Part shown: positions 26,657-39,959 of the stretch, piece by piece
Layout of the letters: the number at the start of each line of letters is the position of its first letter
How positions within the stretch are numbered: the first letter of the stretch is position 1
From: Octopus vulgaris
Taxonomy: Eukaryota
DNA length: 64,000 bases
Assembly (NCBI GenBank): GCA_951406725.2
Contig: OX597837.1
Coordinates: 33,294,001-33,358,000, forward strand
Direction: 5' to 3'
Position numbers and translations under genes: made by a program
Notes under the pieces: model-generated
The model's database searches: none
The model's input: only the letters and a program-made list of their open reading frames with translations
Told to the model about the DNA's origin: nothing

Positions 26657-27049
26657 TCTCTCTCTATATAAACGGCAGTTTGTCTGTGTGTGTTTCTGTG
26701 TGTCTGTTTGCTTGTACCCTCACCCTGACCACGGCTTTCAACCGATTCTGATGAAACTTGACACACACATAGCCCAATGTCATAATTCAAAACTAACGCA
26801 GCGAAAATTTTGAAAAGTTCCCCCAGTTCTGAAAAAATCGATAAATTCGACATGGGGTCGAGAATCAGAAACCCAAACCACAGACCGTCTAGGGGACGCA
26901 ACTCCACCTTTTTTAACTCTCAAAAAAAAAAAAAAAATTTACCATCATTTCTTTCCCCATTTTTTTGCTATTTTTTGGCTATAACTCTCTAAAAATGCTT
27001 TATAGTTATTTCCCTTACAAACCTGAGCAACGCCGGGCGATACTGCTAG
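26657..27049 (+). mobile_element. Helitron-like element, chimeric subfamily (different 5' part, same 3' end)
   Basis: A|TC start; last ~125 bp including the hairpin and CTAG|T are shared with the other three copies. Confidence 0.8.
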
Positions 27050-27420
27050 TCAGTAAATAAAACAAAATGTGGGAAGCGGGGGTCAGGCAGGAGGCACCAA
27101 CCATTGTCCTCGGCACAGATGTGCAGCTGGCACTTTTAATTTTAGTCAGCGGAAAAAAAGGATGGATGGATGGAAAATGAAAAATAAAAGTCAAAGCAGC
27201 CAAAGCAGGATTTGAACTCAGAATGTGAAGTGTCAGAACTGACCACCAAAAGGCATTTGGGCCGAAAACACTCCAACAAGTCAATCAATTCACAGCTATT
27301 TTTAAAATTATTTATTATATTTGTCACAGGGGCATCACATAAAGGGGACATTACAGAGAGATGCACAGGGAGACAGACAGGCAGGCAGACAGACAGACAT
27401 ACTGGCAGGCAGACAGAGAG

Positions 27421-29600
27421 AGAGAGACACACAAGTAGACAGACAGACACACAGGCAGACAGACAGACACACAAGTAGACAGACAGACACACAAGTAGAC
27501 AGACAGACACACAAGTAGACAGACAGACACACAAGTAGACAGACAGACACACAAGTAGACAGACAGACACACAAGTAGACAGAGAGACACACAAGTAGAC
27601 AGACAGACACACAAGTAGACAGACAGACACACAAGTAGACAGACAGACACACAAGTAGACAGAGAGACACACAAGTAGACAGAGAGACACACAAGTAGAC
27701 AGAGAGACACACAAGTAGACAGAGAGACACACAAGTAGACAGAGAGACACACAAGTAGACAGAGAGACACACAAGTAGACAGAGAGACACACAAGTAGAC
27801 AGAGAGACACACAATAAGACAGAGAGACACACAATAAGACAGACAGACACACAAGTAGACAGAGAGACACACAAGTAGACAGACAGCCACACAAGTAGAC
27901 AGACAGACACACAAGTAGACAGAAAGACACACAAGTAGACAGAGAGACACACAAGTAGACAGAGAGACACACAAGTAGACAGAGAGACACACAAGTAGAC
28001 AGAGAGACACACAAGTAGACAGAGAGACACACAAGTAGACAGAGAGACACACAAGTAGACAGACAGACACACAAGTAGACAGACAGACACACAAGTAGAC
28101 AGACAGACACACAAGTAGACAGACAGACACACAAGTAGACAGACAGACACACAAGTAGACAGACAGTCACACAAGTAGACAGACAGACACACAAGTAGAC
28201 AGAGAGACACACAAGTAGACAGACAGACACACAAGTAGACAGAGAGACACACAAGTAGACAGAGAGACACACAAGTAGACAGAGAGACACACAAGTAGAC
28301 AGAGAGACACACAAGTAGACAGAGAGACACACAAGTAGACAGACAGACACACAAGTAGACAGAGAGACACACAAGTAGACAGAGAGACACACAAGTAGAC
28401 AGACAGACACACAAGTAGACAGAGAGACACACAAGTAGACAGACAGACACACAAGTAGACAGACAGACACACAAGTAGACAGACAGACACACAAGTAGAC
28501 AGAGAGACACACAAGTAGACAGAGAGACACACAAGTAGACAGACAGACACACAAGTAGACAGACAGACACACAAGTAGACAGACAGACACACAAGTAGAC
28601 AGACAGACACACAAGTAGACAGAGAGACACACAAGTAGACAGAGAGACACACAAGTAGACAGAGAGACACACAAGTAGACAGAGAGACACACAAGTAGAC
28701 AGAGAGACACACAAGTAGACAGAGAGACACACAAGTAGACAGAGAGACACACAAGTAGACAGAGAGACACACAAGTAGACAGAGAGACACACAAGTAGAC
28801 AGAGAGACACACAAGTAGACAGAGACACACAAGTAGACAGACAGACACACAAGTAGACAGACAGACACACAAGTAGACAGACAGACACACAAGTAGACAG
28901 ACAGTCACACAAGTAGACAGACAGACACACAAGTAGACAGACAGACACACAAGTAGACAGAGAGACACACAAGTAGACAGACAGACACACAAGTAGACAG
29001 AGAGACACACAAGTAGACAGAGAGACACACAAGTAGACAGAGAGACACACAAGTAGACAGAGAGACACACAAGTAGACAGAGAGACACACAAGTAGACAG
29101 ACAGACACACAAGTAGACAGAGAGACACACAAGTAGACAGAGAGACACACAAGTAGACAGACAGACACACAAGTAGACAGAGAGACACACAAGTAGACAG
29201 ACAGACACACAAGTAGACAGACAGACACACAAGTAGACAGACAGACACACAAGTAGACAGACAGACACACAAGTAGACAGAGAGACACACAAGTAGACAG
29301 ACAGACACACAAGTAGACAGACAGACACACAAGTAGACAGACAGACACACAAGTAGACAGACAGACACACAAGTAGACAGACAGACACACAAGTAGACAG
29401 AGAGACACACAAGTAGACAGAGAGACACACAAGTAGACAGAGAGACACACAAGAAGACAGACAGTCACCCAAGTAGACAGTCACACAAGTAGACAGACAG
29501 TCACACAAGTAGACAGAGAGACACACAAGTAGACAGAGAGACACACAAGTAGACAGAGAGACACAAGTAGACAGAGAGACAAGTAGACAGACAGACACAC
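27421..29600. repeat. 20-bp satellite/minisatellite, ~105 units, ACACAAGTAGACAGA(C/G)AGAC
   Basis: Directly visible and highly homogeneous, with two main variants. Confidence 0.97.
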
Positions 29601-30429
29601 ATGCAGGCAGGCGGACAGACACACAAGCAGGCAGGCGGACAGACACACAGGCAGGCAGGGTGTCCATAAATTACCTTTACAATTTGAAAAATTTAGAAGA
29701 AAATGTAAAACAGAGATAAGAGAATTTATTGGAAAAGCCGAGGCAGAGAAAGCAAGTTTTATTTGAGGCATCAGAAGACTTTCAAAGAAACTGACTGACA
29801 GATCTTGACTTTAATAGACACAATAAAATGTAGAAGTTGTAAAGATAATTGGATGGAAAAAGTCAAAGGCTGCCTTCATCTTTTACATGCTGTTATTTAT
29901 AGCTTTATGCGTTGTGCCTAGAGAGCCAATGTTCCAAGAGAAAGAGAAAAATTATTTCACATTCTCTTGAAAGTTTATAAAATATTTGTGAAAGCAGCAA
30001 GAATACCAGAATGGGCTTTGTGCTGCTATTGCCCAGGGTACCAAACAATGGGGCTGAACCAGGCACCATGGAGTTAAAAATGGGAAATTCTTAACTGCAT
30101 ATACATACTCGCTCCTTCATTTCTCTCTTTCTCTCTCTCACACACACAATCTGTCAAGTTACATTGGTCAAACTGACCAGGAAGTTGTAGTAGGCTATCA
30201 GAGGAATTTATGAAGGATAATAAAAATTACATACAAAACCAAGGCAAAAAAAACAAACGAAGAACCAACCAAGTTTAAATAGTTGCTGCTGCTTCTTGTA
30301 TTTATTAATAAAGACATACATTCTACTGGACTCCCATTGGTTGCACAGTGTACTTATTTAAAATGTGATGGACTCAGTGATGGCACTTTGGTTTGCTGAA
30401 CAACATGCAGATTATTATCATTATTATTA

Positions 30430-30821
30430 ATAACCCTTTAGCGTTCATATTAATTTGTCAAAAATAATCCTTATTTCATGTGTTTGTCTCCCCTTCGTAT
30501 ATGTATATAAGGACACAGGGAAAAAATGTGTCAAAATATCAGGAGGCGTTCGATGCTTCCTAGGGCTATACAGCGGTGGTGTACCCCCTACTGTCACGTT
30601 CTTGTTAGATTGACAGTATACAACCATTCAATCCTTATTTATTCACATTTAAAAAAATTTATCTGATATTAATTTGTAGCTTCAGGATAGGAAAGATGTA
30701 ATTGCTTATTTTTAGAATGACATTGCAGGGTAGGTGTGAGATGCATGTTCTGGCCAGTTTGAGCATAAAATGTGTAGAATATTTGGGCCGGATATAGCCG
30801 GTTTAAACACTAAAGGGTTAA
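30430..30821 (-). mobile_element. MITE family 1 carrying a 153-bp foreign insert (30477-30629)
   Basis: TIRs CCCTTTAG / CTAAAGGG; the insert is flanked by AATCCTTATTT direct repeats. Confidence 0.82.
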
Positions 30822-31250
30822 GGTGGTGAGCTGGCAGAATTGTTAGAACACTGAACAAAATGCTTAGCAGTATTTCATCTGCCACTATGTTTTAAGTTCA
30901 AATTCCTCCGAGGTCGACTTTGCCTTTCGTCCTTTCAGAGTTGATAAATTAAGTACCAGTGAAACACTGAGGTCGAGGTAATCAACTAGTCCCCTCCCCA
31001 CAAATTTCAGGCCTTGTGCCTTTAGTAGAAAGGATTATTATCGTAAGGTGGCGAGCTGGCAGAATTATTAACATGCTGGATGAAATACTCAGTGGTATTT
31101 CGCTATTCCCCGTTCCGAGTTCAAATTCCACCAAGGTCGACTTTGCCTTTCTTTCTTTCAGGGTTGTTTAAATAAGTACCAGTTATGAACTGGGTTTGAT
31201 GTAATTGACTTAATCCCCTCCCACAAGGTGCCCTTGTGGAAAAAATTTTA
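30820..31250 (+). mobile_element. Two head-to-tail SINE B copies
   Basis: Heads AAGGTGG(T/C)GAGCTGGCAGAAT at ~30821 and ~31045. Confidence 0.85.
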
Positions 31251-31261
31251 AAATTATTATA

Positions 31262-31371
31262 AGAAGCTCCCTTTTCAGTTTGTAAGATAGAACTTTAAAT
31301 GTAATAAAATGTTTTAAAAGAAATTCAAAGTGCCTACGTGATAACTGTAAACCTACTTTTGACCCACCCTG

Positions 31372-31373
<2 letters not shown>
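31262..31373. mobile_element. Possible Tc1/mariner terminal fragment
   Basis: Ends ACTTTTGACCCACCCTG next to (TA)n, like a CAGGGTGG-type TIR; no partner end found. Confidence 0.4.
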
Positions 31374-31426
<53 letters not shown>

Positions 31427-31432
<6 letters not shown>

Positions 31433-31810
31433 GGTGTAGCTGTGTTGCAAGAAGTTTCCTTCCCAACCACACGGTTCCAGGTTCAACCCCACTGTGTTGC
31501 ACCTTGGGCCAGTGTCTATTACAGCCTTGGGCCAACTGAAGTCTTGAGTGGATTTCGTAGACAGAGATTAGAAACCCATCAAACATATATATATATGTAT
31601 GTATGTATGTCCCCCACCATTGCTTGATAATCAGTGTTGTGTGTTTACATTTCTGTAACTTAGCAGTTCGGCAAAAGACACCGATAGAATAAGTACCGGG
31701 CTTGAAAAAATAACACAAGTACCAGGGTTCGATCCATTTGACTAAAAATATTTCCGGGTGGTGCCCCAGCATGGTCGCAGATCAATGACTGAAGCAAGTG
31801 AAAGATAAAA
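31427..31810 (+). mobile_element. SINE A (diverged)
   Basis: Family motifs from head to tail. Confidence 0.82.
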
Positions 31811-33229
31811 GATATAATTATCCGAGAGAGTGATTAATAGACTTTCCATATTTATTTCAGAACGCAATATAAAAATAACTATCTTGTTACTTGCATTCCA
31901 CATACACAAAACGTGACGATGTCTATGTATATACACACACATCCAAATCAATCATCTGGAGAGTATTTTGGTTGTCATTACTATAATTTTAATCTGGTTA
32001 CGGTTTCCTAGATACGCAATTTATCTCACTGCAGCAAAGATGTCCAGCTGTATGTACGAGTATAAATACACACGTACATACGGATGGATGGATGAATAAA
32101 GAGCCAACAAACTAGCTGTGTTAATTCTGGATGTTCTAGGTCTATAAAAAGCCAAGATTCCAGCCAAAAATAACCAATAGACATTGAGACAGACATTTTC
32201 CAATCACTTGTGACAACTCACCAAGACATCGGCTGATTCTACATCTGTATGCATGCGTGCGTTTGTCCTCGTGCGTGCATCCCTGTGTGCACGTGTCTAT
32301 GCCCTCCCCTATGTGCATGTGGACATTCATGCCCTATATGCATGTATGCTCCACCGTGTGCTTGTGTCCCTACTCCACATGGGTGTGTGTTCCCCTCACA
32401 TGGGCATGTGCTCCCCCCCCACATTTGTGGCCTTCCTGTGCATGTGCACGCGCCCCATGTGTGAGTCGGCCTCCCCCAGTCCCATGTGCGTATGTGTACC
32501 CCTCCATGGTGTGTGTGTACCCCCTCCATGACAGGGAGCCTATTCTTATGTGTGACCATTCATATGTCTACATGTGTGTGTGTGTGAGAGTGTGGTAGGT
32601 GTGTGTGTGGGGTGTGTGATGTGGTGTGGTGTGTAGTGTGTGTGTGTGGTGTGTGTGTGGTAGGTGTGTGTGTGGTGTGTGTGTGTGTGTGTGTGGTGTG
32701 TGTGTGTGGTGTGGTGTGTGGTGTGTGTGTATGTGTGTGCATGTCTCCATCTCTGTCCGTCCGTCTTCCCTGTCTATTACGTAGTAGATACTAAACTTGA
32801 GTATTTCCATGAATAGTCAAATTTCCCCAACACCACCACCACCCTCACACCGTGTATGACGCAGTAATATCACGTACTCGATCACAGCATCGCACACGCA
32901 AAGAGGCCCTTATGCACAGCACGCAATGACCCCAATACATAAGCGTTATTTACATGTTTACCAATGAGAGATCCTCTATGCAGGCATTCAACTTGCCAGA
33001 AACAGCAGCCTAATCTCATTCACCCTACATCCTATTGGCTCAGAAAGGAAGAAGAAAAAAAGTGGAAGAGATTTAAGAATGTCGCTTTAAAAAGACAGGA
33101 TTGTCACAAATGGAATACTTTACATCACCACATGCCAGCTCAATCAGAGCTGAACTGAGCCCTAAACAACAACTTGTTTGTGACTATAGAAGGTAACACC
33201 ACGAACTTCAAAGTTGGTCTTCCTCATAC

Positions 33230-33458
33230 TTAACCCTTTAGTGTTCGCATTATTCTACCAAAATTAATGCTTTTTCATCCACATTGTTTTGAACTAATCA
33301 TGCATTATCTTGTAGCTATGAGATTTTGATGAGGTAGCTGTTAATTTTTAAAACGATATTGTAGGGTTGGTGTGAGAGATCAGATCTGGCCAGTTTGAAC
33401 ATAAAACAGGCAGAATACTTTTGGCCGGATATGGCCGGTTTAAATGCTAAAGGGTTAA
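33230..33458 (-). mobile_element. piggyBac-type MITE, family 1
   Basis: TTAA TSD and CCCTTTAG TIRs. Confidence 0.9.
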
Positions 33459-33959
33459 ATGATATTTTAGATAAAAGATAAGCGTTATTTATTGTTTATT
33501 TTTGTATTTTCATAAAATCTTGAAAACAAGCTAAAAAGTTGCTCAGGAAATTCTGATGACGAAACTTAATTTTATGACAGCTTTCACAGGAAACTGGGGA
33601 AGTGAAAATGGGAGGTGAATAAGGTAATTGAGAACAAGAAGAAATATTCGTTACAAAGTGAAAAAATTTGAAATGGTTGCCAACACAGAAATCTGTGTAG
33701 GTGTGTGAAAATTAAAACCTACCCTAACCTTCTTTCCAATATAAAAGAACAAAAGAAAAACAACAGATAAAAATGATCAATTGGATTACATTAATCCACT
33801 TATCTCCTCAGATATATATTAATCACGTTTTTAAAAGCATGCCGGAATTTGTATATAAATCAACATAATCCTAAGAACAGGTAGAAAAAAAAAAGAAAAA
33901 TTATTATTGTTACTGGGTGGTGGAGTCAAACCCGTGCACAGCTGGTAATAGGGTGAGGC

Positions 33960-34345
33960 TAGATGCAAAATGTAGGGCCCCATTTCAACTGGTAAAATAT
34001 CCAGGGCACGTGTGAAATGTAGGGCCTCATTTTAACTGTTAAAAGAGCCAGGGTAGGTGTGAAATGTAGGGCCCCATTTCAACTGGTAACAGACCCAGGG
34101 CAGGTGTGAATTAACTGGTAATAGACCCAGGGTAGGTGTGAAATGTAGGCTTCCATTTCAACTGGAAAAAGAGTCAAAGTAGGTGTGACCTGTAGGCCCT
34201 CATTTCATCTGGTAACAGGCTAAGGAAGATGTGAAATGTAGACTTCATTTCAACTGGTAACAGACCCAAACCAAATGTGCAACACTTGCCCGATATGAAA
34301 TGTAAGATCCATTTAAAACTGTTTAACAGGTATGCCCAGGGTGGG
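33960..34345. repeat. Diverged ~47-bp minisatellite, ~8 units, each with an internal hairpin
   Basis: Unit approximately GTGTGAAATGTAGGGCCCCATTTCAACTGGTAACAGACCCAGGGCAG. Confidence 0.85.
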
Positions 34346-35209
34346 AGTGACAGAGCCTTTAGAGTACCAGATAACATGCCCTGATGTTCTAGCCATGCCC
34401 ATCCAGTCCTCTATTTAGAATTTATTTTCTTTTGAGTCTCATCAGGTTGAAGGGACGACACCCATGACCTTTGCAGGCCCTTTGATACTTAAACACTATA
34501 CAAGTTGTGTGTATTTTCAGTTACTTGTTTCAGTCATGCTGGAGTACTGCCTTAAAGGATTTCTAGTCAAAGAAATCAACTCCAGGATATTCTCTGTAAG
34601 CCTAGTACTTATTCTATCAGTCTCTTTTGCCAAACCACTAAATTGTGGGGATGTAAACACACCTATCAAACCATCCAGCCCATGCCAACATGCAAGAAGA
34701 ATTAGGGTAACAATGATTTCATATATATATAGCTAGCTCACTCAAAATAGGTTTCTTTTCCATTTCTTTTTTTTGTTCCTGGACAGTAGAATGTAGATTT
34801 GACAGCTACTTCCATTAGGTCAAGCAATCCTGTAAAAGACTCCCTCCCTGGCCAATTCTCACTTCTGGTTTTGTGATTTTGACTAAAAATTTTGTCTTGG
34901 GTAAAATGACAATTCGCTGCAGAAGCAGAGAACATTTCCTTGTCCAAAGTATTGTAACCATATATTCAAGACAGTTTGGTAGAAGGCAGCAATACACCAT
35001 TTTTGCCTCCCGTGCATGCGTTGGGATTGAAACATTGGTATCTACTCCACATGAGCTGACAATACCAATACAGCCAACAGCCTGCTATTGTTAGGTTTGT
35101 TTTCTAACAAGATAAACAAGTTCAAGATTTTGTTTATATATTTATATAAAAATAGATTCAAAGGAAAAAAAATTTCAACTGCCCCCCTCCCATATACATA
35201 CCTACCTAC

Positions 35210-35240
<31 letters not shown>

Positions 35241-35255
35241 CATAGAGACAGATAT

Positions 35256-35294
<39 letters not shown>

Positions 35295-35476
35295 GTAAAA
35301 ATAATTACAGACATGGACAAGAACATGAAACACCACAGAGACGACACAAGAACCACAGGACGGGACATTCGAAGCCCTCAGTCATCAGTCAAGAACCAGA
35401 TCATCTTAGCAATTTCGGCTGATTAATCTTGAGATTGCTCCGATTTGGGCAGCCCGCCAAGGGAAATCTAAGCCAA

Positions 35477-35554
<78 letters not shown>

Positions 35555-36164
35555 TAACACACACAATACATATTTGTACTGGAAAATTAAGCTACAACAT
35601 CACACATATACACGTGTGTGTGTGTGTGTTGTGGCTTAGCTTTTTCTAACACAAATATATGTGTGTGTGTGTGTGTGTGAGTGTGTGTGATGCATTTGAA
35701 ATTTTCAGTGAAATTTCTTTCAAAATGAAAAAATAAAAAAAATTTGCTGAGAAATAACATGAAATAAAGAAATAGCCATTAAAAGCTGACTTTGTTGTTG
35801 TACAAAAAAAGTTGGTTTTTAACAAATATTTCTCCTTAAAATCCTTTGTTAGAAACAGTTTGACTTTCACTTTCCTTGCAAAGCCATTTCCTAGTCTCAC
35901 CCTGCTCGCGCCCCTGCTCGCAATGGCCTCACCCTGCAGATGTTCAGGTCAGGTCAGGCATGGGTTGGTTCAAACCAACCAGTGGGGGTGGGGGTTAAAA
36001 ATCATAAACATCCTTCCTCCCACCCACCCCACACACTCACCAAACAGGTTTATAAAGTGGATAACATCTTAAAGATCACTTAATAATTCCTTAATTAATT
36101 ATTTAATTATAATCATGTGAGACTTGACTTTCTTCTATTACCAGTGGAGAAACAGCACACAAAC

Positions 36165-36835
36165 ATACATAGGTATACATACATATTCACGTGTATATAC
36201 ATACATACACGTACATACATATATACATGTATATACATACATATTCACGTGTATATACATACATACACGTACATACATATATACATGTATATACATACAT
36301 ATACAAATGTATATACATACATATATATATGTACACATGTATACACATATATGTACACATACACATATATATGTACATGTATACACATGTGTACATGTAT
36401 ACACACGTATACATATACATATACGTACATGTATACATATATATATGTACATGTATACATATATATATATATGTACATGTATACATATATATATATACAT
36501 GTATACATATATATATATACATGTATACATATATATATATACATGTATACATATATATATATACATGTATACATATATATATACATGTATATATATATAT
36601 ATACATGTATACATATATATATATACATGTATACATATATATATACATGTATACATATATATATACATGTATACATATATATATATACATGTATACATAT
36701 ATATGTACATGTATACATATATATGTACATGTATACATATATATGTACATGTATACATATATATGTACATGTATACATATATATATGTGTGTGTATATAT
36801 CTGTGTGTATATATATCTATGTGTATATATATATC

Positions 36836-36890
<55 letters not shown>

Positions 36891-37017
36891 ACATATATAT
36901 ACATGTATACATATATATGTACATGTATACATATATATGTACATGTATACATATATATGTACATGTATACATATATATGTACATGTATACATATATATAT
37001 ATGTGTGTGTATATATT

Positions 37018-37059
<42 letters not shown>

Positions 37060-37172
37060 TGTGTAAATACACATACATACATTGTATATATATATATATA
37101 TATATATATGCGTATGTGTGTAGATGCATACATACGTACAGTACATATGTACAAAACATAGTATATATGTAT
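36165..37172. repeat. Compound TA / TACATGTATACA microsatellite
   Basis: Directly visible. Confidence 0.95.
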
Positions 37173-38172
37173 AAATCTTACTGGCAAAGAAAAGGACATT
37201 CAATAACACAGTTCCTGCTAAATACACCCAAAATGTAAGGATGGTCATGGCGGGAATACTTTCGACTAAAGATCTGCTTAATCAGGATTGACTTGCAGCT
37301 AAATTACATGATACATGCACCTGCCACACACAAGTATGTGCAGACAGACGTGCACAATAAAATTTGACACACACGCAGGCTGGGGAGAAGTGCAGAAATG
37401 GCAGCTAAGCATTACCCTTAGCAACTTCGTTCGTTACAAAAATTACCACCACGACCACCATCTCCACTACCACCACCATCATCACTGTAACCACTATTGT
37501 GTTAAAGGTGTGGGGGTCGTGTGAGGATGGGACAAAGAAACAATTGTAGACTCAAATTACAATGGAACTCTGCAGATTATTTAAGCTAGACTTAACAATT
37601 ATGGCATCGGTCCAGTTTTCTTTTTTTTTTTTTTTTTTGGAAAACAAACCGAACGTCCCCACCACCCCCAACACCACCCCCTTCACACACACACACACAC
37701 ACCCATCGCAAAACAAAAATGAACAAATAACAAAATACCGTTGAATATATGATTGGACAGATCAATCAATCAGTTATTGATTAGCAACCATTTTCACCAA
37801 TGTTGGAAAAATTGCTTCGATGCCCCCACCCCATCCCCATCCACACCACAGCAGGATATCTAGCAACAGGTAATTATCTACTGATGTATTTTCTGTTTAA
37901 TGGACTGTCTGGGTAGGGGGGGGGGAGGATCTGTGCGAAATGACCCTTTTCCTGAGACACGGGTGTGGGAGGAATGGAGAAGTGCTCACAACAGAGTGGT
38001 TCCTGTTAAAACCCTTCTTCTGATATCGACCAGCCTGAAACTATTTTGGGGTTCTCTGATACAAACTTCCCATTTCAAAGGGATCCAAGTTAAAACATGG
38101 CATCACAATTCCACGTTGATTTGTGTTCTAAACACAAGCGTAATTATGACAAAGTTATTTTACTAAACCTAA

Positions 38173-38393
38173 TTAACCCTTTCGTTACCAGCCCGGCCAA
38201 AACCGGCTCTGTAGTACAAATGTCTTGTTTTCATAAGTTTTGCATTAAAGTATACCACCAAACCTTAGTCGCAATTTATATACCTAACACTAGCTGAATG
38301 ATAACAGTTATTTTACTAAATTCTTTGATATATTTAAAATAATTGAAAGATACACAAAGCATCTCTAAATAAATACAGTAACAAAAGGGTTAA
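38173..38393. mobile_element. piggyBac-type MITE, family 2
   Basis: TTAA-CCCTTTCGTTAC...GTAACAAAAGGG-TTAA; the internal sequence differs from family 1. A decayed relative appears to precede it (~38010-38170). Confidence 0.85.
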
Positions 38394-38755
38394 AACATCT
38401 AGCAACTTTACAGTGCTGCCACTGTTTACAGCAATGGAACTACACTACAGAGTGGTTAGAGTCGTATATCTATGTGAATGTAGATGGACTAAGTGTTTTA
38501 GCAAAATCAAAACCAGAATTCTGAGAAACAAGTGACATTCTTCAGAAGAACAGAAAAGAGAAAATGATAAAAATGCCACAATATTTGTCTGCCTTTTATG
38601 AAGGCTCAGTTAAGAAGTGTTGAACCATTTTGGGGGAATGGTCTTTGGCTACTAATTCCTTACAGACTCAACTGGTTAGCACCCACCAACACCATCAGAG
38701 ACTCCTATCAATTTTTTCATAATTAAATTGTTACCCATCTTTTAACATGTCGAAT

Positions 38756-39309
38756 GTGTGAAGTTCAGGTAATGTGGAGCGCTGTTGTATGGGAAAAGGT
38801 TCTCCATGAAGATGAAAGGAAGGGTCTATAGGAGTTGTGTGAGGGCTGCAATGCTGTATGGGAGTGAGAGATGGTATTTGAGAGAGTGATTTAGAGAGGG
38901 ACTGAGAGAGCATTGGTGAGAGAAATGTGTGGCATGAGGCTGTTGGATAAGAGGAGGACTGAGGATTTGATGGAGATGCTGGGGGTTGGAGGAATCAGTG
39001 GAATGGCTGGCAAGGGTGAATGGAGTGCAGTGGTATGGGCAGGTGTTGAGGAGGGATGAGGAGCAGGTGCTGAAGATGGTGTTTGAGTTTGAGATAAATG
39101 GAGAGCGAAAGTGAGGTAGACCAAGGAAAATGTGGAGGGGACAGGTGGAGGAAGAGATTGCGAGGGTTGGCTTGAGAAGGGAGGATGCCTAAAACCGGGC
39201 AAGATGGCAAGATGGTGTGAGGGTGGTTGCTATGGCATCCAGATCTGGCCATCCCTGTTAACAGGGGACAAAACCCGGATTTAAAATGATGGATGATAAT
39301 GATGATGAA
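38756..39309 (+). mobile_element. 5'-truncated RTE-clade LINE remnant with (GAT)n-like tail
   Basis: Translates to KFR*CGALLYGKRFSMKMKGRVYRSCVRAAMLYGSE..EMCGMRLLD..WYGQVLRRDEE..GRPRKMW, with stops and frameshifts. Confidence 0.88.
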
Positions 39310-39609
39310 TATCACTGTGGGTTGGCAGGGTTTAATTAGAAACATCAATATTTGTAAACTAAAGTGGCAGAATCGATAGCACGCTGGGCAAAACACTTAG
39401 CGTTTCATCCACGTTTACATTCCGAGTTCAAATTCCGCCACGGTCAACTTTGCCTTTTATCCTTTCAGGGGTCAATAAGATAAGTACCAGTTGTGTACTG
39501 TGTGTGGACGTATGTGTGTACATGTACATGTGTGCGTGTATGTGCGTGTGTGTGTGTGTACATGTGTGTGTACATGTGTGTGTGTGTGCACGCGTGTGTT
39601 GTACGCGCA

Positions 39610-39640
<31 letters not shown>

Positions 39641-39959
39641 TTAAATGATTGTGTATGTGTCTAAATGAATGTGTACACGTGAGCATAAATGTAAAGCGTA
39701 TGTGTGCGTGCATGCATATGAATGAATGTGTGCACGCATGATTGAACACGTGTATGCATGAATGAATACATGTATGTGTGTGTGTGTGTGTGTGTGTGTG
39801 AAGGCATATGTATCTGCGTGTGCCAGGTGACTCAGGCTGTAATAAAACCCGTCCGACATCTGCTGAGACAGGAAAACTGGTGTAAACAACAACAACAACA
39901 ACAATTATCTTGACAACAATGACAACAGGAAACATGACAAGACAAAAATAATAATCCCG

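Noticed and set aside
27142-29667. 841-aa and overlapping long ORFs
   Set aside because: These are translations of a 20-bp satellite that has almost no stops on the minus strand.
33548-33573. Hammerhead core words CTGATGA-C-GAAAC-TTA flanked by AAATT/ATTTT
   Set aside because: There is no room for stems II and III; likely chance in AT-rich DNA.
33960-34345. CRISPR-like appearance (also 13821-13980 and 5491-5730)
   Set aside because: There are no unique spacers and no cas genes; these are eukaryotic tandem repeats.
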